Shown here: positions 16,595 through 24,992 of the stretch, one piece after another
Position numbering within the stretch: position 1 is the stretch's first letter
Layout: each line of letters begins with the position of its first letter
NCBI GenBank assembly: GCA_050744085.1
Contig: JBOGGU010000022.1
Coordinates: 1 to 27,613 of the forward strand
DNA: 27,613 bases
From: Acidimicrobiales bacterium
GTDB lineage: Bacteria > Actinomycetota > Acidimicrobiia > Acidimicrobiales > JAJPHD01
Direction of reading: 5' to 3'
Made by a program: the position numbers and the translations under genes
The notes under the pieces: generated by a model
The model's database searches: none
What the model was told of the DNA's origin: nothing
What the model saw: only the letters and a program-made list of their open reading frames with translations

Positions 16595-17983
16595 ATGTTG
16601 TTCTGGCAAGTTCCAGCGCCCGACGAGGCGATGCTGATCTCGGGCTCCAAGCACAAGGACCCAGAGACCCAGTTCCGCATCGTCACCGGCCACGGCTGTT
16701 TTGTCCTCCCGGTGAAGCAGAAGGCGAGGGTCCTGTCGCTCGCCCTCCGGGAGTCCGAGATCCAAGAGGAGTGCGTCACCACCCAGGGGATCCGCCTTCG
16801 CGTGCGCGCGGTTGCAGCCTTCAAGGTGGGTGACGACACGGTGTCGATAGCCAACGCAGCACGGCGATTCCTCGCAGAGCAGGACCGCATGGACGAGCTG
16901 GTGGGGCGGATCTTCGCTGGGCACCTGCGCTCGATAGTTGGCGGGCTGACCGTCGAGCAGATCATCCGCGAGCGCGACCGGCTCTCCCAGGAGGTCAAGG
17001 AAGGCAGCCATTCCGAGATGGAGAAGCTCGGAATAGTCGTGGACGCCCTGCAGATTCAAGAGATCGAGGATACATCCGGCTACATCAACAACCTCGCGGC
17101 CCCCCACGCCGCGGCGGTAGCGAGCCAGGCGCGCATGGCCGCGGCCAAGGCGGACCAGGAGGCCACGGAGCGCGAGCAGCAGTCTGCGGCGCTCAAAGCC
17201 CAGTACCTGCGCGACACCGAGCTCAAGCAGGCGGGCTTCGCCGCCGAGACCGAGGAGGCCAAGGCCCGCTCCGCCCAGGCTGGCCCCCTGGCCCAGGCCA
17301 TGGCCTCCCAGGAGGTCATCCAGGCCCAGACCGCCCTGGCAGAGCGCGAGGCCCAGCTCACCGAGAAGCGCCTGGAGTCAGAGGTCCGCCGCCCAGCCGA
17401 CGCCGAGGCCTACAAGCAGCGGACCCTGGCCGAGGCGGCGCGGGACACGACCAAGCTGAACACCGAGGCCGAGGCGTTCAAGCAACGGGGACTCGCCGAG
17501 GCGGCGCGGGACACGACCAAGCTGAACACCGAGGCGGAGGCAGCACGGCGGCGCACCATCGCCGAGGCAGACGCCGAAGCCACCAAAGTGGCCGCACTCG
17601 CCAGCGGAGAGGCTGCCAAGTCCCAGGCCGACGGCGTCGCGTACTCCCAGCGAGCCACCGCCGCCGCGGAGGCCGACGCGATCAACGCCCGCGCCGACGC
17701 CCTCGGTGGCCAAAATCAGCCCCTGATCGCCGCCAACAAGCTGGTCGACCTCCTTCCGGCGCTGGTCGAGGCGGCCGCCAAGGGTATCGCTGGGTCCAGC
17801 TTGACCGTCCTCAACGGCTCCGAGGGAGTGAACGAGATGGTGGCCGGCGTGGTCAGCCAGGGCCTGTCGATCTACGAGACGCTTCGCCGCTCCATCGGGC
17901 CGGGTGGGGATCCGAACCCCGACGGCGCTGCGTCGGGCCCCCGCACGGCCACCGCCGACCCGAGCACGCGCTCCCCGTCGTAG
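16595..17983 (+). CDS. flotillin/SPFH (band 7) family protein
   Basis: SPFH domain followed by a long Ala/Glu-rich coiled-coil with repeats. AAAGGGGGA RBS. No N-terminal membrane hairpin is evident. Confidence 0.85.
   Translation: MLFWQVPAPDEAMLISGSKHKDPETQFRIVTGHGCFVLPVKQKARVLSLALRESEIQEECVTTQGIRLRVRAVAAFKVGDDTVSIANAARRFLAEQDRMDELVGRIFAGHLRSIVGGLTVEQIIRERDRLSQEVKEGSHSEMEKLGIVVDALQIQEIEDTSGYINNLAAPHAAAVASQARMAAAKADQEATEREQQSAALKAQYLRDTELKQAGFAAETEEAKARSAQAGPLAQAMASQEVIQAQTALAEREAQLTEKRLESEVRRPADAEAYKQRTLAEAARDTTKLNTEAEAFKQRGLAEAARDTTKLNTEAEAARRRTIAEADAEATKVAALASGEAAKSQADGVAYSQRATAAAEADAINARADALGGQNQPLIAANKLVDLLPALVEAAAKGIAGSSLTVLNGSEGVNEMVAGVVSQGLSIYETLRRSIGPGGDPNPDGAASGPRTATADPSTRSPS
17404..17535. 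repeat. tandem 66-bp repeat x2 within the flotillin coiled-coil (AEA[YF]KQR.LAEAARDTTKLNTE)
   Basis: Seen directly. Confidence 0.8.
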
Positions 17984-19056
17984 AAGGCCACCGTCTGGCC
18001 TGGCGCCACCCGGCGCTGCGGCTCGGCCCAGCGCAGTGAGGAGCCTCCGAAGACCGCCTCGTGAGCCCCGCCGTGGGCGCTGGCCTGGGCGAAGACGGTG
18101 GTGCCCGGAGCCAAAGCCCTCTCGACCCACGTGAGCGACGACAGCGCCACGCAGTCGGCCAACAAGTCCGCCTCGCTGCCCACCAGCACTGTCCGGGATG
18201 CGACGTCCACCGACAGGGCGTAGCGCCGGGCCCCACCATCCCCGACGCCAAGGCCGCGCCGCTGACCCACCGTTACCAGCTCGACGGCGGGAACCTGCCC
18301 CACCACCTGGCCCGCAGGATCGACCAGCGTGGCGGGGTGAAGTGCAGTCCGCCGGGACAGGAACCCAGCCCGGCCCCCGGGGCTCGGTCTGCCGCCGGGG
18401 CTCGGTCTGCCGCCGGCTCCCCCGCGGCCCGAGGTGCTCGGACTGCTCCCGGCTCCCCCGCGGCCCGAGGTGATGAAGCAGACGTCCTGGCTGTCGGGCT
18501 TGCCTGCGCTCCGCATCCCCAGCGCGGTGGCCTTGGCCCGAACCTGCGCCTTTTGCATCCCCCCGACGGGGAACACACAGCGTGACAGCTGGGCCTGGCC
18601 AAGCATGGAGAGCACATAGGACTGGTCCTTGGCCGCGTCTGCGCCCCGCAATAGGCTCCAGCGGCCGTCAAGCCCCTCGACAGCCCTGGCGTGGTGCCCG
18701 GTCGCCAGGGCGTCGAAGCCGAGCGCCATCGCTCGTCCGAGCAGCCGGTCGAACTTGACGTGGCGGTTGCACTCCACGCACGGGTTGGGTGTGCACCCGG
18801 CGGCATGGGCCTCCACGTACGGCGTCACCACCTCATCGTCGAAGGTGGCGCTGAAGTTGAACACGTGGTGGGCGATCCCCAACTGCTGGGCCACCCGCCG
18901 TGCGTCGTCCACGTCGGCCACCGAGCAGCACCCCGAGTCACTGGCGCCCCCCCACAGCTTCATCGTGGCCCCGACCACCTCGTGGCCGGCCGCAACCAGC
19001 TCCGCGACGGCTACAGAGCTGTCCACCCCGCCCGACATAGCCACCAGGACCCTCAC
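17872..19056 (-). CDS. mnmA: tRNA-specific 2-thiouridylase MnmA
   Basis: PP-loop SGGVDSS, catalytic Cys motifs, mnmA-like overall. Contains a Gly/Arg/Pro-rich insert. The 3-prime end overlaps the flotillin 3-prime end by 112 nt. Confidence 0.85.
   Translation of the reverse strand: MRVLVAMSGGVDSSVAVAELVAAGHEVVGATMKLWGGASDSGCCSVADVDDARRVAQQLGIAHHVFNFSATFDDEVVTPYVEAHAAGCTPNPCVECNRHVKFDRLLGRAMALGFDALATGHHARAVEGLDGRWSLLRGADAAKDQSYVLSMLGQAQLSRCVFPVGGMQKAQVRAKATALGMRSAGKPDSQDVCFITSGRGGAGSSPSTSGRGGAGGRPSPGGRPSPGGRAGFLSRRTALHPATLVDPAGQVVGQVPAVELVTVGQRRGLGVGDGGARRYALSVDVASRTVLVGSEADLLADCVALSSLTWVERALAPGTTVFAQASAHGGAHEAVFGGSSLRWAEPQRRVAPGQTVAFYDGERVLGSAVAVRGPDAAPSGFGSPPGPMERRSVS
18379..18472. repeat. 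tandem repeats (18-bp GGGGCTCGGTCTGCCGCC x2, then an about 30-bp unit x~1.7) in-frame within mnmA
   Basis: Seen directly. Encodes SGRGGAGS...GGRPSPGGRPSPGGRAG. Confidence 0.8.
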
Positions 19057-19059
19057 CGC

Positions 19060-20259
19060 TCAGCCCAGGGAGAACACGGCGTCGCGGAGGCGAGCAACGG
19101 CCTTGGGAATCACGGCCAGCGCGTGGTCGACCTCGGCAGCGGTGCTGCACCATCCGAGCGAGAGGCGCACGCTGGAGCCGACCTCCGCTGTCGTCCACCC
19201 CATCGCCCGCAGGACGTGACTGGCCTCCGTGGCGCCGCTCGAGCAGGCCGAGCCAGCCGAGGCGCACACCCCGGCGTCGTCGAGGAGGACCAGGAGCGCC
19301 TCCGCCTCGACACCGGTGAAGCGCAGGTGGCAGCTCCCGGCGACCCGGGGGGCACCGACCCGTGGGGTTCCAACAGAGGGGGCCCCGACCCGGGGAGCCC
19401 CGACCGACCCCGAGTCAGCACCGGTGGCGACGACGTCGGGCACCGCCTCCAACAGCCCATCCGTGAGCCGGTCCCTGAGCGCACTCACCCGACTCACCGT
19501 CTCCGGGCGTGTCGCCAACGTGGCCTGCGCGGCCGCGGCCATGGACACTATCCCCGCGACATTGGGTGTCCCACTGCGCCGGTCCCGCTCCTGGCCGCCT
19601 CCGTGCAGGATCGGGCGCAGGGCGACCCGGTCGCGCACCACCAGCGCCCCCACCCCCTTCGGGCCGCCGAACTTGTGGGCGCTGACCGAGACTAGGTCGG
19701 CGTCGGCCGCAAGCCGGGCCACGTCGAGCCAGCTGAAGCCCTGGACTGCGTCGGTGTGCACCAGCGCCTCCGGAGCCCGCTCCCGGACCAGCGCGATCAC
19801 CTCGCCGAGGGGGCTGACCACGCCAACCTCGTTGTTGGCCAGCATCACCGACACCAGCGTGGTCTGGGGGCCCAAGGCCTCGGCCAGCTCGCCCAGATCG
19901 ACGCTGCCGTCCCGGCCCACCCCCACCACCGTCCCCCCGGCGGCGGCAACGGCGTGGAGCACTGCGTGGTGCTCGGCGGCAGGGCAGACGACCACTCCCC
20001 CGCGGGCGGCATGCACCCCCCCGATTGCCAGGTTGTCGGCCTCGGTCCCCCCCGAGGTGAACACGACCTGTCCGGGCGCAGCCCCCAGCGCCTCGGCCAT
20101 CACGTCGCGAGCCTCGTCCAGCGCCAGGCGGGCCGACCGGGCCAATGAGTGGGAGCCGGAAGGGTTGCCGAAACGGTCCGTCAGGAAGGCCAGCATGGCG
20201 GCCACGGCTTCGGGCCGCATGGGCGTCGTGGCGGCATGATCCAGGTAGGCACTCGGCAT
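19060..20259 (-). CDS. iscS: cysteine desulfurase (IscS/NifS family)
   Basis: PLP-Lys region SVSAHKFGGPKGVGALVV and active-site loop SAGSACSSG. Start taken at MPSAYLDHAATTP. The track ORF extends to 20322. Adjacent to mnmA. Confidence 0.85.
   Translation of the reverse strand: MPSAYLDHAATTPMRPEAVAAMLAFLTDRFGNPSGSHSLARSARLALDEARDVMAEALGAAPGQVVFTSGGTEADNLAIGGVHAARGGVVVCPAAEHHAVLHAVAAAGGTVVGVGRDGSVDLGELAEALGPQTTLVSVMLANNEVGVVSPLGEVIALVRERAPEALVHTDAVQGFSWLDVARLAADADLVSVSAHKFGGPKGVGALVVRDRVALRPILHGGGQERDRRSGTPNVAGIVSMAAAAQATLATRPETVSRVSALRDRLTDGLLEAVPDVVATGADSGSVGAPRVGAPSVGTPRVGAPRVAGSCHLRFTGVEAEALLVLLDDAGVCASAGSACSSGATEASHVLRAMGWTTAEVGSSVRLSLGWCSTAAEVDHALAVIPKAVARLRDAVFSLG
19345..19415. repeat. 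tandem about 15-bp GGGGnnCCGACCCGn repeat x4, in-frame within iscS
   Basis: Seen directly. Encodes SGSVGAPRVGAPSVGTPRVGAPRV. Confidence 0.75.
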
Positions 20260-20322
20260 GATTGCCCCGAGCTTAGAAGCCTTCTCGAAATATGCCCTGT
20301 GCTCCGTCGCCTCGGTGCCCAC

Positions 20323-21714
20323 TCACCCGCCTCCGCCCCCGCTGCCACCGCCAAGGTTGGCCGACACGATGGTCGAGGTGCCCGCCACGTTGCCAGCAGC
20401 GGTGATGGTCGATGCCGTGACGCCGGAGGCCGGGACCAGCTCTGCCTCGAAGAAGTCGGTGGTGACCTGCTCGACCACCGGCAGCTCGGCCTGGGCCATC
20501 GTGGTCAGCTGGGCCAGTGTGTGCCCTGGAGGTACGAAGATGCCGAGGGCGGTCTGATCCAAGGTGTAGGGGGTCAGGTGGAAGCCGCCGGTGAGCTTGA
20601 GGTAGTACTTCTCGCCACCGCCGTCGTCGTTGTAGAGCTGGTCGCTGTTCGCCGGCGGGTTGATCGTGTCGGCCATGCCTTGGACCACCAGCATCGGCGA
20701 CGGGCTGGGCGAGTTGAAGTACGAGCCCGCCGGGTTCTCCAGCTCCTGGCCTGACAGGATCGCGGTGGCCCCGATTCCGGGGTAGGTGCAGCAGCTGTCG
20801 TACGCCACCGCCGACACGGTGTCACCCCCGTCGGACTGCCCGGCCAACCCGATCGCCATGGGGTCGATGATCCCCTGCAGCACGTTGTTGGGCGAGTGAC
20901 CGAGCGTCAGCATCGAGCTGATGACCGTGCTGACCTCGCCCGGCTGCTCGATCAGGTGGTTCTCGCTTGCGGGCGTGACGTTGGCGTTGGCGTTGGTGTA
21001 GGGGAAGACCGGCGCGGCGACCACGAAACCGGCTTTGGCCCAAGTCGCGATGAGGTCGGAGTAGTAGCTGGGCAGGGCGTCGAAGCCCTCGGCGAACACG
21101 ATGAGGGGGTGCCTACCCGTGACCGGTGGGCCGCCGGAGCTGGTCGCCGGGTAGAAGACCTCGGTGGGCACCGATACGCCGGTGACCTGGTCGACGAAGG
21201 TGGGATTGAAGGTGCCGACGTATTGCGATGCCACGAGCGAGGGCGGCGGGATGGTGGTCGTTGTGGTCGGTTTGGGCCGCGGGGCGGTGGTGGTGGTCCG
21301 GCCGTGGCTCCCGATCGTGGTGCTGTGTGGCGGAGGGGGGTCCAAGCGCGGCTTTGCGCCACCGCCACTCAAGCCTGCCCAGGCCACCGCGCCGAGGAGT
21401 ATCACCAGCGTCCCCAGCGCAGCCCAGCCCTGAGCTGGGGTCCACGCCCGGCGCCCACGGCGGTGCTGAGGCGGGCGACCGGCACCGCCGCCCGGGGGCT
21501 GGTTCGCAGGACCGGGTGGGCGGCCGGCTCCTCCGTTGGACCGCCCCCCGCCGCCGTTGGACCGCCCCCCGCCGCCAGGCGGCGTGCCCGACCCGCCGCC
21601 AGGCGGGCGGCTCGGGGGGCGCCCGGCCGAGCCTCCCCCAACAGCTGGGTTGACCCGGACCACCGGGCGCGGGCCCCTGTTTGCAGCATCCTCCGACCTG
21701 GGTCCCTGGCTCAT
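20323..21714 (-). CDS. membrane-anchored alpha/beta-hydrolase (esterase/lipase-like) with a Pro/Gly-rich cytoplasmic N-terminus, one TM helix, and a Pro/Thr-rich linker
   Basis: Hydrolase core includes PLIVFAEGFDALPSYY...AIGLAGQSDGG, with G-x-S-x-G as GQSDG. TM helix WAALGTLVILLGAVAWAGL. ATG at 21714 overlaps the TGA of the upstream gene (ATGA). The first 158 aa of the track ORF are treated as spurious. Confidence 0.65.
   Translation of the reverse strand: MSQGPRSEDAANRGPRPVVRVNPAVGGGSAGRPPSRPPGGGSGTPPGGGGRSNGGGGRSNGGAGRPPGPANQPPGGGAGRPPQHRRGRRAWTPAQGWAALGTLVILLGAVAWAGLSGGGAKPRLDPPPPHSTTIGSHGRTTTTAPRPKPTTTTTIPPPSLVASQYVGTFNPTFVDQVTGVSVPTEVFYPATSSGGPPVTGRHPLIVFAEGFDALPSYYSDLIATWAKAGFVVAAPVFPYTNANANVTPASENHLIEQPGEVSTVISSMLTLGHSPNNVLQGIIDPMAIGLAGQSDGGDTVSAVAYDSCCTYPGIGATAILSGQELENPAGSYFNSPSPSPMLVVQGMADTINPPANSDQLYNDDGGGEKYYLKLTGGFHLTPYTLDQTALGIFVPPGHTLAQLTTMAQAELPVVEQVTTDFFEAELVPASGVTASTITAAGNVAGTSTIVSANLGGGSGGGGG
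21536..21600. repeat. tandem about 21-bp repeat x2 encoding GGGGRSNGGGGRSNGG in the hydrolase N-terminal region
   Basis: Seen directly. Confidence 0.6.
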
Positions 21715-22178
21715 CCCTGGGGCCTGGCGATCATGACCACGAAGGCGGCCACCACAGCGAGGTCGACGACGCCCGCAGCCCAGGAGGCCGTCCTGGCCGG
21801 CCCCGCCAGCGAGCCAGCCGCTCCCCCGCCCGCAACCGCCGCCGCCACCCGGCGTTCCGCTGGCCAGACCACTGCCACAGCAACGCCAGCCGCCAGGGCC
21901 CACAGGCCCGAGCCGACCCACAGCCACGCCCTGGCGAAGTCGCCGCCGATCCCCGCCAGGACCAGGCCCAGCACCGGCACCAGGAAGATGACCCGAGAGG
22001 CCCAGTTCGGCCCAGGGCGGAAGTACCGTCTGACCGCATCGGGGGCCTCGTCCCGACCGGGCCGCGGGCGCGCCAGGCTGGCATACCCACCGGTCGCCAT
22101 CACGCTGCCGAAGCCCACGACAGCACACAGTATGTGGGCCGCGAGCACTACCTGAAAGAGAGCACCGTCTTTGCCCAT
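21711..22178 (-). CDS. small integral membrane protein (4 TMS, DUF-type), translationally coupled to the hydrolase
   Basis: MGKDGALFQVVLAAHILCAVVGFGSV... Four hydrophobic segments. The stop overlaps the start of the downstream hydrolase. Confidence 0.5.
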   Translation of the reverse strand: MGKDGALFQVVLAAHILCAVVGFGSVMATGGYASLARPRPGRDEAPDAVRRYFRPGPNWASRVIFLVPVLGLVLAGIGGDFARAWLWVGSGLWALAAGVAVAVVWPAERRVAAAVAGGGAAGSLAGPARTASWAAGVVDLAVVAAFVVMIARPQG

Positions 22179-22304
22179 CGGCGGGCATTCTCGCATCGGC
22201 CGGGCCTGCGCAGGGCGCGCTACGGTGGTCAGGGGCCCGGGCTGGCTACACACCTGGCCCCCACCGCCGTACACTCCCACTGCTGCATCGCCAACCGGAG
22301 CCAG

Positions 22305-23303
22305 ATGAAAAGTCAGCTACGTCTCGATCCAATGACCGGCCGATGGGTCGTCGTCAGCGTGGAACGCCTCGAGCGTCCCTCGGCGTTCGTGCCGCGGACC
22401 CTGACTGTGCAGGCTGACGCCGCCACCCGGCCGTGCCCCTTCTGCCCTGGGAACGAGGAGGCCACCCTGCCAGCCCTCGAGACCTACGGCACCTCAGGCG
22501 CCTGGATGGTGAGGGTCGTCCCCAACCTGTACCCCGCCTTCTCCGGCGACGAGCCGATGGTCGTGACCACCAAGGGCCCGATCTTCTCCCAGGCGCCCGC
22601 GAGCGGTATCCACGAGGTTCTGATCTTGTCGCCCGAGCACGACAGCTCGTGGGCGGACCTGGCCACCGAGCAGGTCAACGCGGTCATGGCAGCCCTGCGC
22701 GACCGGACCCTCGCGCACGAGGGCACACCGGGGCTGCGCTACAGCCAGGCGATAGTCAACTCTGGACGCGAGGCCGGTGCCTCCATCGAGCACCCCCACG
22801 GCCAACTCCTCGGGATGTCCTTCGTGCCCCGTGAGCTGGTCGATGAGCTGGCCGGGTTTGCCCGATTCAGCGGCAGCTGCCTCCTTTGCACCGCCCTGCA
22901 CGCCGAGTCCGATGTTGGCCACAGGATAGTGGAGGTCACCGAGGAGGTGGTGGTGCTCTGCCCGTTCTGGAGCGGGCTGCCTTTCGAGATGCTGGTGGTA
23001 CCCCGCCACCACGGCGCCCACCTTCACCGCTCCTCCACCAGCGAGCTCGAGGCCGTGGGACGCTCAATCCGCACGGCGCTGCGCATCTTGCGGGACCGCC
23101 TCGGCGACATTGCCTACAACCTGGTGTTCCACTCCGCTCCGTACCGGGTGTCGGGCACCTACCACTGGCATGTCCACGTCCTCCCCAAGCTCACATCCCT
23201 TGCCGGGTTCGAGCTCGGGACCGGGGTACTCATCAACATCGTTGCCCCCGAGCACGCCGCCGCCGAGCTTCGTTCGATGATCCCCGCAGACCAACCCGGC
23301 TGA
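22305..23303 (+). CDS. galT: galactose-1-phosphate uridylyltransferase (GalT, HIT superfamily)
   Basis: Zinc motif CPFCPGNE and active-site HPHGQ (H-x-H-x-Q). 332 aa. GGAG RBS. Confidence 0.85.
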   Translation: MKSQLRLDPMTGRWVVVSVERLERPSAFVPRTLTVQADAATRPCPFCPGNEEATLPALETYGTSGAWMVRVVPNLYPAFSGDEPMVVTTKGPIFSQAPASGIHEVLILSPEHDSSWADLATEQVNAVMAALRDRTLAHEGTPGLRYSQAIVNSGREAGASIEHPHGQLLGMSFVPRELVDELAGFARFSGSCLLCTALHAESDVGHRIVEVTEEVVVLCPFWSGLPFEMLVVPRHHGAHLHRSSTSELEAVGRSIRTALRILRDRLGDIAYNLVFHSAPYRVSGTYHWHVHVLPKLTSLAGFELGTGVLINIVAPEHAAAELRSMIPADQPG

Positions 23304-23309
23304 AGGACC

Positions 23310-24050
23310 ATGGCGACGCCCCAACAGACAGCGGCCCTCTTGGCAGACGAGGTGCTCTTCCCCAATGCAGTGGCCACCGACCTCGCCGACCACCTTCCGC
23401 GCAGCCATCTCGATCAGGTCGCCGAGGCAGGGCTGTACGGATTGTTCGGTCCGGGTGAAGCCGGTGGGATGGCAGCCGACCAGGCGGAGGGGCTGGCCGT
23501 GATCGAGGCCCTGGCAAGAGGATGCCTCACCACCACCTTTGTCTGGCTGCACCACCACTCAGCGCTGAGCGCAGTTGCCAACAGTGCCACGCCGGGCCTG
23601 CGGGAACAGTGGTTGCAACCGATGTGCCTGGGAAAGTTGCGCGCAGCTTTCACGGTGAGCGGGATCGTGCGAGCCACCAGGCTACCATGGCCGGCGCCCT
23701 GGCCCTGGGGGTGGCGGGGCGGTGCTGCGCTCTGATCGGCCCAGGACCGCTCGACGCGGAGCTGGTCACCGCTCGACAGGCCCTTCACAGCGCGGCCCTG
23801 TCCGATCCCGCCGCCCGCCCCGCCGCGCGTGCGGCGGCATCCCATCTGGCGATGCGCGCGGCCTCGGCGCTGGTCGTGGCCAGTGGCAGCCGCTCAGTGC
23901 TACTCGACCAGCACCCTCAACGGTTGGTCCGAGAGGCCATGTTCCTCCTTGGTGTTCGGCAGTCGCCCGCCGATTCCTGCCGAACTGACCAAACTGGTCA
24001 CGATCCCTGCCCGCGACGAAGCCTCCGACGGCCAGGCTCGCCGAGCCTGA
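23310..24050 (+). pseudogene. acyl-CoA dehydrogenase remnant: intact N-terminal domain, middle beta-domain deleted, C-terminal domain in other frames
   Basis: Frame 0 gives an ACAD N-terminal domain (...LGLYGLFGPGEAGG...LGKLRAAFTVSG, cf LPKLASGEWIGAFALTEP). A stop follows soon after. Frame 2 then holds ACAD C-terminal-like sequence (...AASHLAMRAASALVVASGSRSVLLDQHPQRLVREAMFLLG...). Confidence 0.5.
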
Positions 24051-24236
24051 CAGGCTCGCCGAGCCTTACAGGATTGCTGAGCCGAGTGGCGATGCATGCG
24101 GCTCACCACAGCTCGGTAGCGCACGCGGGGCGCTACGCCAGGCGCGGGTCCGACTCCTGGAGCTCGACGAAGCGAGCGTGGCGCTCCACCGAGGCGCGGT
24201 GCCGGGCGTCGCCGTCCGGGCCGGCAGGTCGGTGGT

Positions 24237-24911
24237 CTATCTCGCGCACCGCTCCCGCCAGGCCGTAGAGCACCAGCACGTCCCGGTCTGCGCCGTGGTG
24301 GAACCTACGGGGGCCCCCAGGTACGCGCCGCCGGAGCGGGTGATCCCCAGCACGACCACCCCCTCGTCCCTGAGGGCCAGGTCGACCAGGGCCCGGCCCG
24401 AGACCCAGTCACCCTCGGACACCGCCAGCTCGCTGACCGCGTAGCTGCCGGATAGGTTGAGCAGGCCGGCGACGTCCCGGACGGCCAGGTCTGTGTAGCG
24501 CTTTAGGACCCTGCTGATCAAGGCGGTCAGGCGGCGATCCACCCAGCGGCTGCGGGAGAGGAACACCAGCGCCATCATGCCCGCCACCAGCTCGAGGACC
24601 CGTGTCCCGGCGAACCCGGCACCGCCTTTGAAGCCCAGGATCAGGGTGCTGGCCGCGGCTACGATCCCGACGTTGCCCAGAAGCATGAGGGTCATGATCA
24701 CCCGCCTTCGCAGGGGATGGTCTACCACCCGCTCCGACTCGGAGGTGGTGAACCCCGCGCCGGTGAAGGCCGAGCGCGCCTGGAAGCGGGCCGACTGCGC
24801 CGACATCCCGGTGGCGGCGAGGATGACGGTGGCCACCCGGGTGATGACCAGGGACACGGCCATGACAAAGAGGAGGGAGCTTATGGCGGCCATCGAGCCA
24901 CATTGCCACAT
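24237..24911 (-). CDS. membrane protein with 2-TM N-terminal region and C-terminal TrkA-C (RCK_C) domain; probable frameshift near the 3-prime end
   Basis: RCK_C motif ...SGRALVDLALRDEGVVVLGITRSGGAYLGAP. After the run GGGGGCCCCC (about 24301-24310) the native-looking ending (...GADRDVLVLYGLAGAVREI...) is in another frame. The in-frame tail TAQTGTCWCSTAWRERCAR is not protein-like. Confidence 0.6.
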   Translation of the reverse strand: MWQCGSMAAISSLLFVMAVSLVITRVATVILAATGMSAQSARFQARSAFTGAGFTTSESERVVDHPLRRRVIMTLMLLGNVGIVAAASTLILGFKGGAGFAGTRVLELVAGMMALVFLSRSRWVDRRLTALISRVLKRYTDLAVRDVAGLLNLSGSYAVSELAVSEGDWVSGRALVDLALRDEGVVVLGITRSGGAYLGAPVGSTTAQTGTCWCSTAWRERCAR

Positions 24912-24992
24912 CCCATCCGCCGCCCGCCGGGCTGCAAGCCGCGGTCATCCCGGAGGCCAGGGCGTCGAGGAGGGTGATCCCCACACGCTGGA

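Noticed and set aside
15045-16998. 244-aa and 401-aa minus-strand ORFs antisense to the ATP-grasp gene (poly-PAA stretch)
   Set aside because: This is the reverse-frame reading of the (GCAGCTGGGGCTGCGGGG)n repeat and flanks. No independent support.
18691-20239. 334-aa and 336-aa plus-strand ORFs opposite mnmA and iscS
   Set aside because: Antisense to two strongly supported genes. Low-complexity translation.
17872-20322. iscS-mnmA adjacency as something unusual
   Set aside because: Cysteine desulfurase next to the thiouridylase is a well-known functional pairing in actinobacteria. It is not novel.
20896-22188. 419-aa plus-strand ORF, and the first 158 codons of the 621-aa minus ORF
   Set aside because: The plus ORF is antisense to the hydrolase/DUF genes. 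The minus-strand N-terminal extension overlaps the DUF membrane protein in another frame, and the ATGA coupling at 21711-21714 defines the real start.
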